DNA of 64,000 nucleotides from Octopus sinensis (Eukaryota): assembly GCF_006345805.1 (NCBI RefSeq), contig NC_043001.1:118544001-118608000 (forward strand). Reading direction: 5' to 3'. The notes beneath the pieces are model-generated. The model was given only the letters and a program-made list of their open reading frames with translations. It searched no databases and was not told where the DNA came from. A program made the translations under genes and the position numbers. Of the stretch, positions 14,388 to 25,574 are shown piece after piece; positions within the stretch are counted from its first letter, which is position 1, and each line of letters starts with the position of its first letter.

Positions 14388-14480
14388 ATGATTTGTGACT
14401 TACACACATTTCTCAACAAGGCAGTACCAGATACTCGTCTTACAATCAAGAAGTATCTAGACTCTAAATTTGAATATTTG
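14388..14480 (+). CDS. PICK1: PICK1 coding exon (BAR)
   Basis: ttgcag|ATGATTTGT...TATTTG|gtaagt; MICDLHTFLNKAVPDTRLTIKKYLDSKFEYL; 93 nt, phase 0 to 0. Confidence 0.97.
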
Positions 14481-15057
14481 GTAAGTCTCTTGTTTATTTT
14501 CTAAATTAAAGTAATTCTATGCTTGAGAACAATTAGATTCTGATCTGTGCATTTACAGCACAGATGTTTTACACATGCTGTTTGTGCATTTTTTTTACTG
14601 TTATGCTTTTGTTTCTGGAAAATCTCCTCAAATCAATGGATAAGTTTATTACCCCATACAGGTTTATGTAGTCAATAAAAGATAACTGCATTTCTTTTTT
14701 TGGTTTTGGCATTCAAATTTGCAGTAACTTACTGACAAAGTCTTTAAAAACCCATAAAAAACTGGTTTACCCTGAAGACCAAAATTAAATATAAGTTACA
14801 TAGCTATGAATTTGTAGAAGAAAAGATCAATTATTTTTCTTAGTAAATTCATATGTACTTGTAATTCACCAATGATACCAAAAGGGTTTCCCATGCCTGA
14901 TCTGCACAGTGTTTCACTTTACATCATGAATGCCTTTCAGAAGAGTATCAGAACAGCCAAGATGCAGCATGGGCAGTATAATTCAGACTGTTTAAGATCA
15001 AGTCAACAACTCAGCATTATGCATATCTTTGCTTGTGAAGACCTGTTGGGGCAAGTG

Positions 15058-15506
15058 AAATCGGAATCGAAATTGAACCAATCCTATGACTGGCACCCGG
15101 CAGATGCCAGGACCCCTGGACTGGAGATACGTAAAAAGCACTATCCGAATCGTGGCTGATGCCAGCGCCGCCTCGACTGGCTTCCGTGTCGGTGGCACGT
15201 AAAAAGCACCATCCGAATCGTGGCCGAAGCCTGTGCCGCCTCGACTGGCTTCCGTGCAGGTGGCACGTAAAATGCACCAATCCGACCGTGGCCAATGCCA
15301 GCCTCGCCCGGTACCAGTGCAGGTGGCACGTAAAAAGCACCCACTACACGGAGTGGTTGGCGTTAGGAAGGGCATCCAGCTGTAGAAACATTGCCAGATA
15401 AGACCGGAGCCTGGTGCAGCCTTCTAGCTTCCCAGATCCCCGGTCGAACCATCCAACCCATGCTAGCATGGAGAACGGACGTTAAACGATGATGATGATG
15501 ATGATG
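15058..15506 (+). mobile_element. RTE-tail non-autonomous retroelement, copy 2
   Basis: Starts (aatcg)n, has three-plus ~60-bp internal units, ends gcatggagaacggacgttaaac(gat)n. Confidence 0.75.
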
Positions 15507-15864
15507 TATTGTTGATGAACAAAGGTGATTATATCACTTGTACAAGGATGAACAAAGGAGATTAGATCATGTAGGTAGGTATTTGCATGCAAATACCTAC
15601 CTACAAGACATAGCAGAAATATGGTTTATAACTAATGTTCTTATAGAGATTGATGATGTTTATATTCTTTAAATCATCGGAGTTGTAGCATTTGTCCCAA
15701 CACTGGTAAAAACTAATGTTAATGTATGTGTCTGTGGCAGCTTCATAACCTTTTCAATCATAGAAGTGCCATTTCAAGGAGGACAAATAAACTTTGAAGA
15801 GCGGCCGATCCTTCTCTAATAGACACAATGCTTTGTCAGTAATAGTATATTCCTGAGCTAATTG

Positions 15865-16065
15865 TTTAGTACCCTGTTAATGTAACCATTAGCTCAGTAT
15901 CCTGAAGACATAGTCATTAGCATAATACCCTATTGATGAAGTAATTAGCACAGTACCCTACTGATGTAATCATTAACACAATAGTCTTTTAATGTAGCCA
16001 TTAGCACAGTACCCTAGTAATGTAGCCATTAGCACAGTACCCTAGTAATGTACCCATTAGCACTC
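15865..16065 (+). repeat. 28-bp minisatellite (taatgtagccattagcacagtaccctag), about 7 degenerate units
   Basis: Two near-exact adjacent units at about 15991-16050 plus diverged flanking units. Confidence 0.75.
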
Positions 16066-16205
16066 TGGTATAAGAAGTAGATGAAGTTAAGTGCCTCAAC
16101 TTGGAATTAAAGCTTTATTGTAAACTTGACTTTCAGAGACTTTATTAACACTGTTTTGCACTTCTACCTGAACAAAATGACTGGTTAACATGTATTTTTT
16201 TGTAG

Positions 16206-16306
16206 TCATACTGTCTTAAGCTGAAAGAAATGGATGATGAAGAATACAGTTATGCTGCTCTTCAAGAACCACTTTACCGTGTTGAAACTGGCAATTATGA
16301 ATATAG
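16206..16306 (+). CDS. PICK1: PICK1 coding exon (BAR)
   Basis: ttgtag|TCATACTGT...GAATATAG|gtaaga; SYCLKLKEMDDEEYSYAALQEPLYRVETGNYEY(R); 101 nt, phase 0 to 2. Confidence 0.97.
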
Positions 16307-16384
16307 GTAAGATTTCAGTTTTATTTTTATCTTGCTATTTTACATTCATCCGTCTTATTTAAATATCAGTGGATAGAAGAATTA

Positions 16385-16990
16385 TTGGAACATTGTATGA
16401 AATATCTTGCAATAATTAGATGCAAACTTTCTCCTGAGATAACCACTGAAATCCAGAACATTTGGCAACTCAAGCTGGTTGTAGGCCTGTGCACCACTGT
16501 GAATTATGGGAAGAAAACTCCAGAATTTACCTACTCCCTCCACGACACTAACCTTAAGAAGTTTCTGGTAAATGTCACCACAGTGTTATGGTCAACAATG
16601 ATCTGTGTTGGCTGAGCCATATTTCTAAAATTGGCAAAAAGACTGAACATATCCTAGCATTACTCAGTAACACCTTTGTCAGCTGCTCACCAGCTTTTTA
16701 TCTAAAGCTAGATATGGTTATGCTATGTCCACATTTGGAGTTTGCACCTCCAGTCTGGAACTCCTATCTTGTCCAGAATATCAGTCTACTACAAGCTGAC
16801 CAGAGATGTGCAACTAGATTGATACTCACCATATCTTGAATGTATTGCCTCTGGGCATCGACATGCTAAAGTTTCAATGTCTAGCAGCTACCTGGAAGGA
16901 TCTCACAAAATTATCCACCATCCTTCTAACAATACCTTTGGCCACCTTTTTCAAGAATCTAGTGAGATAGTAGTTCAAAGATTACTAAGA
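16385..16990 (+). mobile_element. Decayed CR1-like LINE RT C-terminal fragment
   Basis: ...LCPHLEFAPPVWNSYLVQNISLLQADQRCATRLI resembles the RPHLEYxxxVWxPY...LExVQRRAT motif; frameshifted. Confidence 0.7.
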
Positions 16991-17699
16991 CTCATGCAAG
17001 AATAAGCAAAGAACAAAGACAGCTGTAGAAAACAAAATGCTGCAGATCTCTCTAGCCAGTAACAGAAAAGAAGATATTAAATCAGTATTGCAAATTTTAA
17101 TGATGATGATGGTTTTCTTTCTTATTTCATATTCATTTTTGTATGCTTACTTAAGTAAGATGGATCTTTTGAGCAATTGTTTATACAACTTGATTCCATT
17201 CCTATCACTAGCTAATTAGGAATTTAACCTGCTTTTTGGTTAGTTTAAGAAACAGGAACATATAAACTGTGTTGTAGGCCTTGTTCAAAGGCCCCGTGAA
17301 ATAATTGCAGTAAAATTTGAACTCCACTCATCAATATAGCACCTTAAATTTATAGCACTGTGCCTATAAATGCTAGACCAAGTATTACTCTTCATACTTC
17401 TTCAGTAATCCTATTTCATCATGGAGTCTGTTAATCGAAATTTTCAATTGCAATTTTTTAAAAGTTGCTTTTTTTTGGAACTGATTTCTTTTCAACTACA
17501 AATTATTTAACTATATAGTAAAACTAAGTATTACATCTTCAGCAAGTCAACTTACTAAAGCTCATTCTTGCCAAGACTTATACCTTTGGGAGGATTTGAG
17601 TTGAGTTATTGAAGCTACAAAACATTTTTCTATTTTTCTCATACACTACTCCGCTTTTTCCTACTCTGTAAAAATTTCTGAATTTTTTCAAACTTTGCA

Positions 17700-18560
17700 C
17701 CCAAATTGGGATGTAGAACTTATTCCATCCCCTGCAGATCTGTCCACAATAACTTCCGTCTCATGTGATACATCATATATCAGGTTAAGATTATATTTGG
17801 CTATGGTAGGATGCTGTCAGTTTGGATCAGTTCAAAGGCATTCAACAAGGTCAACAATCACATCCTGCCAGCCGTCCTAAGAGCAATTGATTTCTGTCTT
17901 GACTTCAGAAGCTGGATTACTGTAATACAATGGCACCTGTTTGGTGCTCATATTACATGGCCATCTCTTGGGACTGTTCAGTATCATACACCTGGTCCGT
18001 CAAGGATGCCCTCTCTTGCCTCACCTATATGTTTTGACATTGGAGTCATTGCTGTAGAGGATAGAGATTTTGAAGGGCATAAACGAACAATCTCACTGTC
18101 AGACACTTTGGGAATAGATGTGATTAATACCATACTAGAGGAATAGCGGGAGTGCAGAGAAGCACACATTAACCAAAACATGTTGGCGGGTTTGCAACTT
18201 GACACCTGCAGAGGCAAATCCATGTTGGTCACAGCTAATTTTTGTTGCTGGACCAAGGGTCTTGTTAAAATACTCAGGGTCTGATTTGGACTGCACCTCC
18301 TAGTAAATAAGAACTGGGAAGAGACTGAGAGCAAGGTGGCCATTCTTTCTCAGAAATAGGCTGAGAGGAAGCTGTCCTTGAAAGGTTGGACAAAAGTTGC
18401 TAATGTCTACTACTTGGCTATTGTCCCTTGTCTCAAGAAACATCTGAGCACACTGGAGCACATGCTTTTTTACATCCTATGGAAGAGAGAGGTTCCATTG
18501 GTCATGTACATACAACTAGACAATGCTATCAGTGGTAAAAGGACTCTCACATTCTATTGA
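17700..18560 (+). mobile_element. Highly decayed LINE reverse-transcriptase remnant
   Basis: ISSKAFNKVNNHIL...FRSWI resembles DFSKAFDxVxH...WI; the rest is fragmentary. Confidence 0.45.
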
Positions 18561-18889
18561 GGGTTAGTGGAGAGTATGAGCAACAATAGTCTGGGAACAG
18601 CTCTGATCATCAACAAGAACAGTCTGAACTGTCTCTTCTGGAGAGCTCTCAAATCATGGACTATGGACAACTTCCAAGAGATCGTTGGCACAGCAGAGCT
18701 TACAAAGGAACATTAACAGTTTGTGACAACTCTATAGGCATAGAAATGGTCTTACCACCTATTGAAGAACATTTGTAATTCTTTATTGTTAAACTTTTTT
18801 TAATATTTCTTTTTACTTGATATACTCCACTTTTGTGTGATTTTTCATTTTCATCCTTGTATTGTCCTTATTATCATTATTATTAAGAC

Positions 18890-19100
18890 AGCAAGCTGGC
18901 AGAATTGTTAGCATGCCGAGCAAAATGCTTAGCGGTATTTTGTCTGTCTTCACATTCTGAGTTCAAATGCTGCCAGCTTGACTTTGCCTTTCATTTTTCA
19001 GGGTCAATAAATTAAGTACCAGTTACACACTGGGGTTGATGTAATTGAGTTTACTCCTTACTCCGAATTTGAGGCTTTGTGTTTCCAGTAGAAAGAATTA
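18890..19100 (+). mobile_element. tRNA-derived SINE, family A, ending about 45 nt before a PICK1 acceptor
   Basis: Same head, body and (ATT)n tail as the other family A copies. Confidence 0.85.
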
Positions 19101-19147
19101 TTATTATTATTATTATTATTATTTCTTCTTTAACTCAATATCATTAG

Positions 19148-19242
19148 ATTGATCCTGAGATGTCGCCAAGATGCTAGGACACGTTTTGCTAAAATGCGCT
19201 CAGATGTGTTGGTCAAGATAGAATTACTGGATCAGAAACATG
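19148..19242 (+). CDS. PICK1: PICK1 coding exon (BAR)
   Basis: cattag|ATTGATC...AAACATG|gtatgt; (R)LILRCRQDARTRFAKMRSDVLVKIELLDQKH; 95 nt, phase 2 to 1. Confidence 0.96.
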
Positions 19243-20320
19243 GTATGTGATTTAACAGAATTTTTTTTTTTTTTCAAATTTATTTGTTTACTCCTGAATT
19301 GTTTCATAAAAAATAAAATACAGTGAGATGAAATTCAATAACCTGAATGGGTGATTCAGCTTTTATCTCTAGCAACAGATATTCCCCAATTTACAAGACA
19401 CAATCTAACCAGTTTAGGTAGCAAACATTCAGGGATGATTATAAGTGTATATCGTTCCTGTCAATATAACCACTTGTTATAATAGGTGGATCCTCTATTT
19501 GACATCTGAAAGTGTATCACAAATGCGTGAGTATATATTTATGTGGGCATAGCTGTGGGATAAGAAGTTTGCTTCCCAACCACATGGTTCTGGGTTCAGT
19601 CCTGGCACCTTCTACTATAGCCTCAGGCCAACCAAAGCCTTGTGAGTGGATTAGGTAGATGGAAACTGAAAGAAGTCAATCGTGTGTGTGTGGGTGGGTG
19701 CGCACACACACACACATATATATATATCTGGTCTTCCTTAAGACAAATTTGCCCAGACTTGTGTCCCAGAGGGTAACTTTCTGGACCAAAGACCAAAGAA
19801 TTACTGTACAACAGTGGTTCTTGACCACTGGGCTATAAACCAATACTGGGCCATGTAGCAACATGATACTAGGCCAAACAGACCAAATAAATTTTTTCTA
19901 GGGGAACTTGTGCCTCAGAGGGGAATTTCCTATGGTCATTCATGAATGAAGAGAGTCTTTATTCTTTAATATTTATATGTAATGATTAAATCATATTATG
20001 CACTTTATTGTATTTTGTTTCGTGCATGATCCACCAGTTCTCATAAAATTTGTCTTGCATGAAACTGGTCTGAAGCACAAAAAAAATGTTGGGTTCATTG
20101 CTGTACAACGTCACTGAAAAATAATAATTACAGATCTTGAAGAATTACTTGAGAATTTCTTCTATAGAAAATCTGTAGAGATGACCTTAACATGATTTAA
20201 ATGCACTGCTAACACAGTAGGACATGGTATTGACTTCTAAAAATGTTTAATGTACTTCGTAGTAAGTTATGGTTGCATTACAAAATACCATATGCCTACA
20301 AGTCATTAATATATATGTTT

Positions 20321-20702
20321 TGGATTGGGTCTGCCCCTCTGGCGAATCCCCAACATGTCATGTAATGTTATAGATTGGGTCTGCTCCTCTGGCAGATCCC
20401 CAACATGTCATGTAATGTTATGGATTGGCCCTGCCCCTCTGGCGAATCTCCAACATGTCATGTAATGTTATGGATTAGGTCTGCCCTCTGGCGAATCTCT
20501 GACATGTCAGGTAATGTTATGGGTTGGGTCTGCCCCTCTGGCTGATCTGACATGTCACATAATGTTATGGATTGGGTCTACCCCTCTGGCTAATCTGACA
20601 TGTCATGTAATGTTATGGGTTGGGTCTGCCCCTCTGACTAATCTGACATGTCACGTAATGTTATGGATTCAGTCTGCCCCTCTGGCGAATCTGATGTCAT
20701 GT
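20321..20702 (+). repeat. 48-50-bp minisatellite, 8 units, last PICK1 intron
   Basis: Unit tggattgggtctgcccctctggcgaatc(cc)(caa/tga)catgtcatgtaatgtta; units start at 20321, 20371, 20421, 20471, 20520, 20568, 20616 and 20664. Confidence 0.95.
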
Positions 20703-20964
20703 GTGGTTTGTGTTTACATCCCTGTAACTTAGTGGCTCAGCAAAAGAAACTGTTAGAATAGGTACCAGGCTTAAAAAAAAAATAAGTATTGGGGCTGATT
20801 TGTTCAACTAAAGTACTTCAAGGCTGTGTCTCAGCATGGCCGTAGTCTAGTGACTGAAACAAAAAATAATAGATACACACACACACACACACAAAATAAT
20901 AATTTATCTATTTATCTATTATTGTATCAATGTATCTATTTATTTTTCTTTTTTTATCTAACAG

Positions 20965-21230
20965 TGCAAGACATTGTATTTCAACTGCAGCGATTTGTAT
21001 CAGCCATGTCTAAATACCACAGTGACTGCCATTCAGTAATGAAAGAAGCTGTAGTTTTCCCTATTGAAGTTGATTTATCTCGCAGCACTCTCACATATGA
21101 CCATTCCAATGACTTTAACGATGACGATGGAGATGAAATTGAAGAAGGTGAAGAAGCAATGGCAGATAGATTGAACACTGAGCCTGTTGACAACGATACT
21201 GGCCTAATTGACCTCATGACTGCTGACTAA
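20965..21230 (+). CDS. PICK1: PICK1 terminal coding exon (BAR end + acidic tail)
   Basis: taacag|TGCAAGAC...TAA; (V)QDIVFQLQRFVSAMSKYHSDCHSVMKEAVVFPIEVDLSRSTLTYDHSNDFNDDDGDEIEEGEEAMADRLNTEPVDNDTGLIDLMTAD*. The nine exons sum to 1204 nt and stay in frame. Confidence 0.97.
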
Positions 21231-21472
21231 TCAGCAAATTTTTCCATGTATCTTTTAAAAAATTTTAATATATTATGAAGGCCTAATTTCTGTAATTTTT
21301 AGTTGTTATTGTTGTACATATTTATACAACAAAACGGAAGTTAACTCAGTATGAATTTAATATTTAAGTATTTGTATTGTTTGTGTCCAAAATGACACTA
21401 AGATTTTGTGATATTATTTCTTTGTTGAGATACTATTTCTTTGTTGAGGTTTATATGAATCATTAAAGAAAA

Positions 21473-21478
21473 AATAAA
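21473..21478 (+). promoter_or_regulatory. Candidate PICK1 polyadenylation signal (AATAAA)
   Basis: AATAAA about 240 nt after the stop, followed by T/GT-rich sequence; position only, no transcript support. Confidence 0.4.
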
Positions 21479-22599
21479 TGTTTGAAAAATATTATTTAAA
21501 AGTTGTCCAATTATTTATTTCTCAATGCCTGTCAAATAGTATTAATGGTCTAATTTTTTTCTTGTGAAAAGGATCAAATTTAAATTAAACTCTTTTTCTT
21601 TTGAGGGTCACATCTTTTGTTGAAAAATTTCTTACAGTTGTCCTAATTGCATTTTTTGTGGAAAATTACCTGTTTTCTGTTTATCCCCATTCAGTCTAGA
21701 TATCCACTGTACTCACAATCATTCTATGTAGAGTTATTATGAGTACATATGTCTGCATACTGAAAAGGAATTAAGCTGGTGATGTATTTCTATCCAAATA
21801 ACAACTGAAATAGGGATAAAATTAAAGGTGATCAATTGGCAGAATCACTGGTTCAGGACAAAATGGCTTGCAGTGTTTGTTCTGGCTGTGTATGCGGAAA
21901 TCAACATTTCCTTTCATCTTTTGGGAGTGGGGTGGGTAGGTCAATAGAATAAAGTATCCACCAAAATGAATTGAGAAATTGTAAGAGCTTTGAACCAGAT
22001 GCCTTGGGCTAATTTTTTGAACACTTAGTGTTCTGAATTCTTCAGTGGCAGTCTTAATCCATTCCCAGTTTAGCACCACTTCCTGATCTTGGAGCAACTA
22101 TAACAGAATTCACATTACTGCAAGTATTCAAACCAGATGTTTAGTTTGAAGATAACCTTCTGCTTTTCTTCCATCACATTCAAAGGTCCTGAAAAAAAAG
22201 TAGTAGATTTGACTGAACAGTAAAAACAGGCGACCTCAAAAATCTGATGATAATATGTGATTCTGCAGATTTCAAGTATAATTTGAATTGTAAAAGAGAT
22301 GAGTGGAAACATTTTAACCTCATCACTTGTCTGACGTTTTATTCCTCATGGAGGATATGAATAACACAAACCTTCAAAATAACCATCAACCTTGGCATTT
22401 ATGTACATCTAGTGGGCCCCACCTTCTATCAAACACCTAACTGCCTTTTTCTGTTCTCTCTAATACTTCTTGGGTTACATCACAATTTCTTCCCCTCTTT
22501 TTCTAGTCACCTCTCCTCCTTTACTTACTTTCCGTATTGTGTGTACCTACCTTGCTACTTTGGGTATGGACTTGTGAGAGCATCAAATAGAATGCATTG

Positions 22600-22739
22600 C
22601 AATATTTATTCTATTGTCATCTCCCTTGTGAGTTCAGCATCCTAAGATCAGCTTTCACTTCTGCACATAACCTCCTTGGTCTTCCTCTTTTACTGTTTCT
22701 GTTCACATAGATCTCCAAGCACTTCTTTACCAATCTGTC

Positions 22740-22771
<32 letters not shown>

Positions 22772-22990
22772 ACATGGTGCAAATGAATGCAATCATCTCT
22801 CTTGAACACTACATCTGATTCTTCTTATACCTGGTTTTTGTCTGAGCTGGTCTGTACCCTGTTGTTCATGCTCATTAACACCAGATAACCAACAGAGCAT
22901 GCTTGCTTCATATATTTTCAGCCATCACACATCCTCTGTGCTTAGTGTCCATGTCTCATTATCATACAACATTGCAGTTCAGAGCCAAGC
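22600..22990 (-). mobile_element. Decayed RTE LINE 3' coding remnant
   Basis: Minus strand reads DRLVKKCLEIYVNRNSKRGRPRRLCAEVKADLRMLN, the RTE C-terminal RGRP motif. Confidence 0.65.
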
Positions 22991-23404
22991 ATTATACAAT
23001 CTATTCTTCGTTTAAAGAGAGGACTCCTTCCAGAGATGATAAAATAATCGGCTGATGGCAACTGAGACAAATTGCAAATGAGAAGAGAAGATAATCTCAA
23101 GAATTAAATATGATCCAACATTAACATATTTAGGGAAAGGCATTCTGATTTCTGGAGACAAAAAGGCAGCATGAACACTAATTGTCCTCCCTTATCTTCT
23201 GCTGACAGGACACGGACAGATACACAAAAAGAGTTGGGTGAACCAAAAAAAGATTAAAAGGAAACAAAAATGAGCTAAGAGAAAAAACTTAGTAGGGCCA
23301 GTGACATGTACTTGAACAACAAAGACAAATAAAAGCATATTAAATACAAGATAATCTTGATTCTTATCTTCCTTTCACATTTGGAGTGGGTCCTAAATGC
23401 CAAA

Positions 23405-23625
23405 CCCTTTCGTTACCAACCCGGCTGAAACTGGCTCTGGCTCTTTAGTACAAATGTCTGGTTTTCAAAAGTTCTGAATTAAAACCTTCCACCAAACCTT
23501 AGTCACAATTTATGTCCCTAACTCTAGCTTAATGATAACGATGTTATTTTACTTAATTCTTTGTTATATTTAACATAATTGGAAGAAACACTGAGCATCT
23601 CAAAATAAATTCAGTAATGAGAGGG
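23405..23625. mobile_element. piggyBac-like MITE
   Basis: Terminal inverted repeats (TIRs) CCCTTTCGTTAC (23405-23416) and GTAATGAGAGGG (23614-23625); TTAA on the right flank, left flank degenerate (caaa). Confidence 0.55.
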
Positions 23626-24054
23626 TTAAGCACGAAAGTGGTTAATGTGTTCAGCTCATAATGATAAAGTTGTTAGTTCAATTCCTGGACCAGGCACTTG
23701 ATTTCACATTGATCCAGCCAACTCAGTATCACGCACTGCTGGTGAATCCCCTCTCCGGCCAAATGCCATATCCTTCATGTTCTGTTGGGTTAAGGGTGTG
23801 AATGTAAACAGATATCCTGGAAGGTGTCTGTGTTTGCTTGCAACTGTATAGACACCTAAAACAAATTAGTGATAACATGGTACATATGATCAAGCCATAC
23901 CCACTCAAGAGTAATGGCTGGCTATATTATAATAATGATTCAAGAATAAAAGAATTCTTTCCTTTATACTGAAGTACCACCGTTCTTGAAACTATCACAG
24001 CATAAAAAAATAAATCTATGTTTATATTAGTAATACTATTTTTATTACTATTCT

Positions 24055-24442
24055 CTTTCTCTTTTACTTGTTTCAGTCATTTGACTGTGGCCATGCTGGA
24101 GCACTGCCTTTAATCGAGCAACTCGACCCCAGGACTTATTCTTTGTAAGCCCAGTACTTATTCTATCGGTCTCTTTTGCCGAACCGCTAAGTGACGGGGA
24201 CGTAAACATACCAGCATCGGTTGTCAAGCAATGCTAGGGGGACACACAAACATACACACACACATATATATACATATATACGACAGGCTTCTTTCAGTTT
24301 CCGTCTACCAAATCCACTCACAAGGCTTTGGTCAGCCCGAGGCTATAGTAGAAGACACTTGCCCAAGGTGCCATGCAGTGGGACTGAAGCCGGAACCATG
24401 TGATTGGTAAACAAGATACTTACCACACAGCCACTTCTGCAC
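24055..24442 (-). mobile_element. tRNA-derived SINE, family B (full length)
   Basis: Head tggctgtgtgg (A box) / ggttccggcttcagtccc (B box), central gccttgtgagtggatttggtagacggaaac block, (TG)n spacer, tail ...gactgaaacaagtaaaaga. Confidence 0.9.
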
Positions 24443-25159
24443 CTATATACAATAAATAAATAAAAATAATATATAATTTATAGATACAACTGTTAAAAGA
24501 TAATTCTGTCATGGCCGACTTTGCCTTTCACCCTTTGAGGGTTGATAAAGTACAGTTTTGCGCTGAGATAGATAGAATCGACTTATCCCTCCCCCAAAAT
24601 TGTCGGCCTTGAGCCAAAATTTGAATTCAAAACATAAATGTATTAAGGGCTCACTCATTTACGGTTCCTTCTTTCATATCTTTTAGATACGGGGTGTAGG
24701 GATATTTGAGGATTCTTAAATATCAGTATATTACTCTCTTCAAAACAGTTAAAAGGTTGTTTTTTTAAAATTTAGGATGGAAGACATTCCAACCATAACC
24801 ATCCCATCTTTTTATCTTTTTTCTTTAATACAGTTTGTCAATCAAATAATACTTTATTTTTTTTTAAAGTCGTAGAATGTGATGAGAGATTTGATTGTTA
24901 TTTCTAGCAGGCGAGCCTCTGAGTTGATGCCGAGTGACATAAGGGACATAACTCTGTTACATCATAGTTGCTTGTTAAAACAAAGTATTTAATAGTAAAA
25001 ATTATAATAAACAATCTTTTTTAAACAAGTTTCCTTCATTTACTTTCTTCGTTTCATTTAAATTTATCTAAGACACACCCTCGTATATTTTTCCTCGTTT
25101 GGCTTGTGGGCAGCTTAAACTCATGGGCCCCGGCTGATCCCTCCTCTCAGTGGGAATAT

Positions 25160-25372
25160 AATTGCAGCGTGGAAGGTGTTTATAAGCCATTTAAGAAACA
25201 CACAAAAACCGTTAGATTCACTTCAACATTTAAATTTAATTTGCCAAAATATTTTCATCGCGGTCTAAAAGCGACGAAAATATTTTGGCAAATTAAATTT
25301 AAATGTTGAAGTGAATCTAACGGTTTTTGTGTGTTTCTTAAATGGCTTATAAACACCTTCCACGCTGCAATT
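25160..25372. repeat. Perfect 97-bp inverted repeat built from a Penelope-type terminal repeat
   Basis: 25160-25256 is the reverse complement of 25276-25372 with no mismatch seen; 19-nt centre atcgcggtctaaaagcgac. Confidence 0.93.
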
Positions 25373-25543
25373 GTTTTCGTTCCAGCACACGATCTCAGAT
25401 CAGGTCACATGCTATGCAAGTACATCTCCGTAATAAACCTCCCCCACACGCACACATACAGTTACGCGCACACACACATCGTGTCTCATACAGTAACGCG
25501 CGCACATACACACGCAGTCTCATAGTTATGCGTACGCACACAA

Positions 25544-25574
<31 letters not shown>

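Noticed and set aside
20321-20702. Regularly spaced repeats as a CRISPR array
   Set aside because: The whole unit repeats with no unique spacers; eukaryotic intron, no cas genes.
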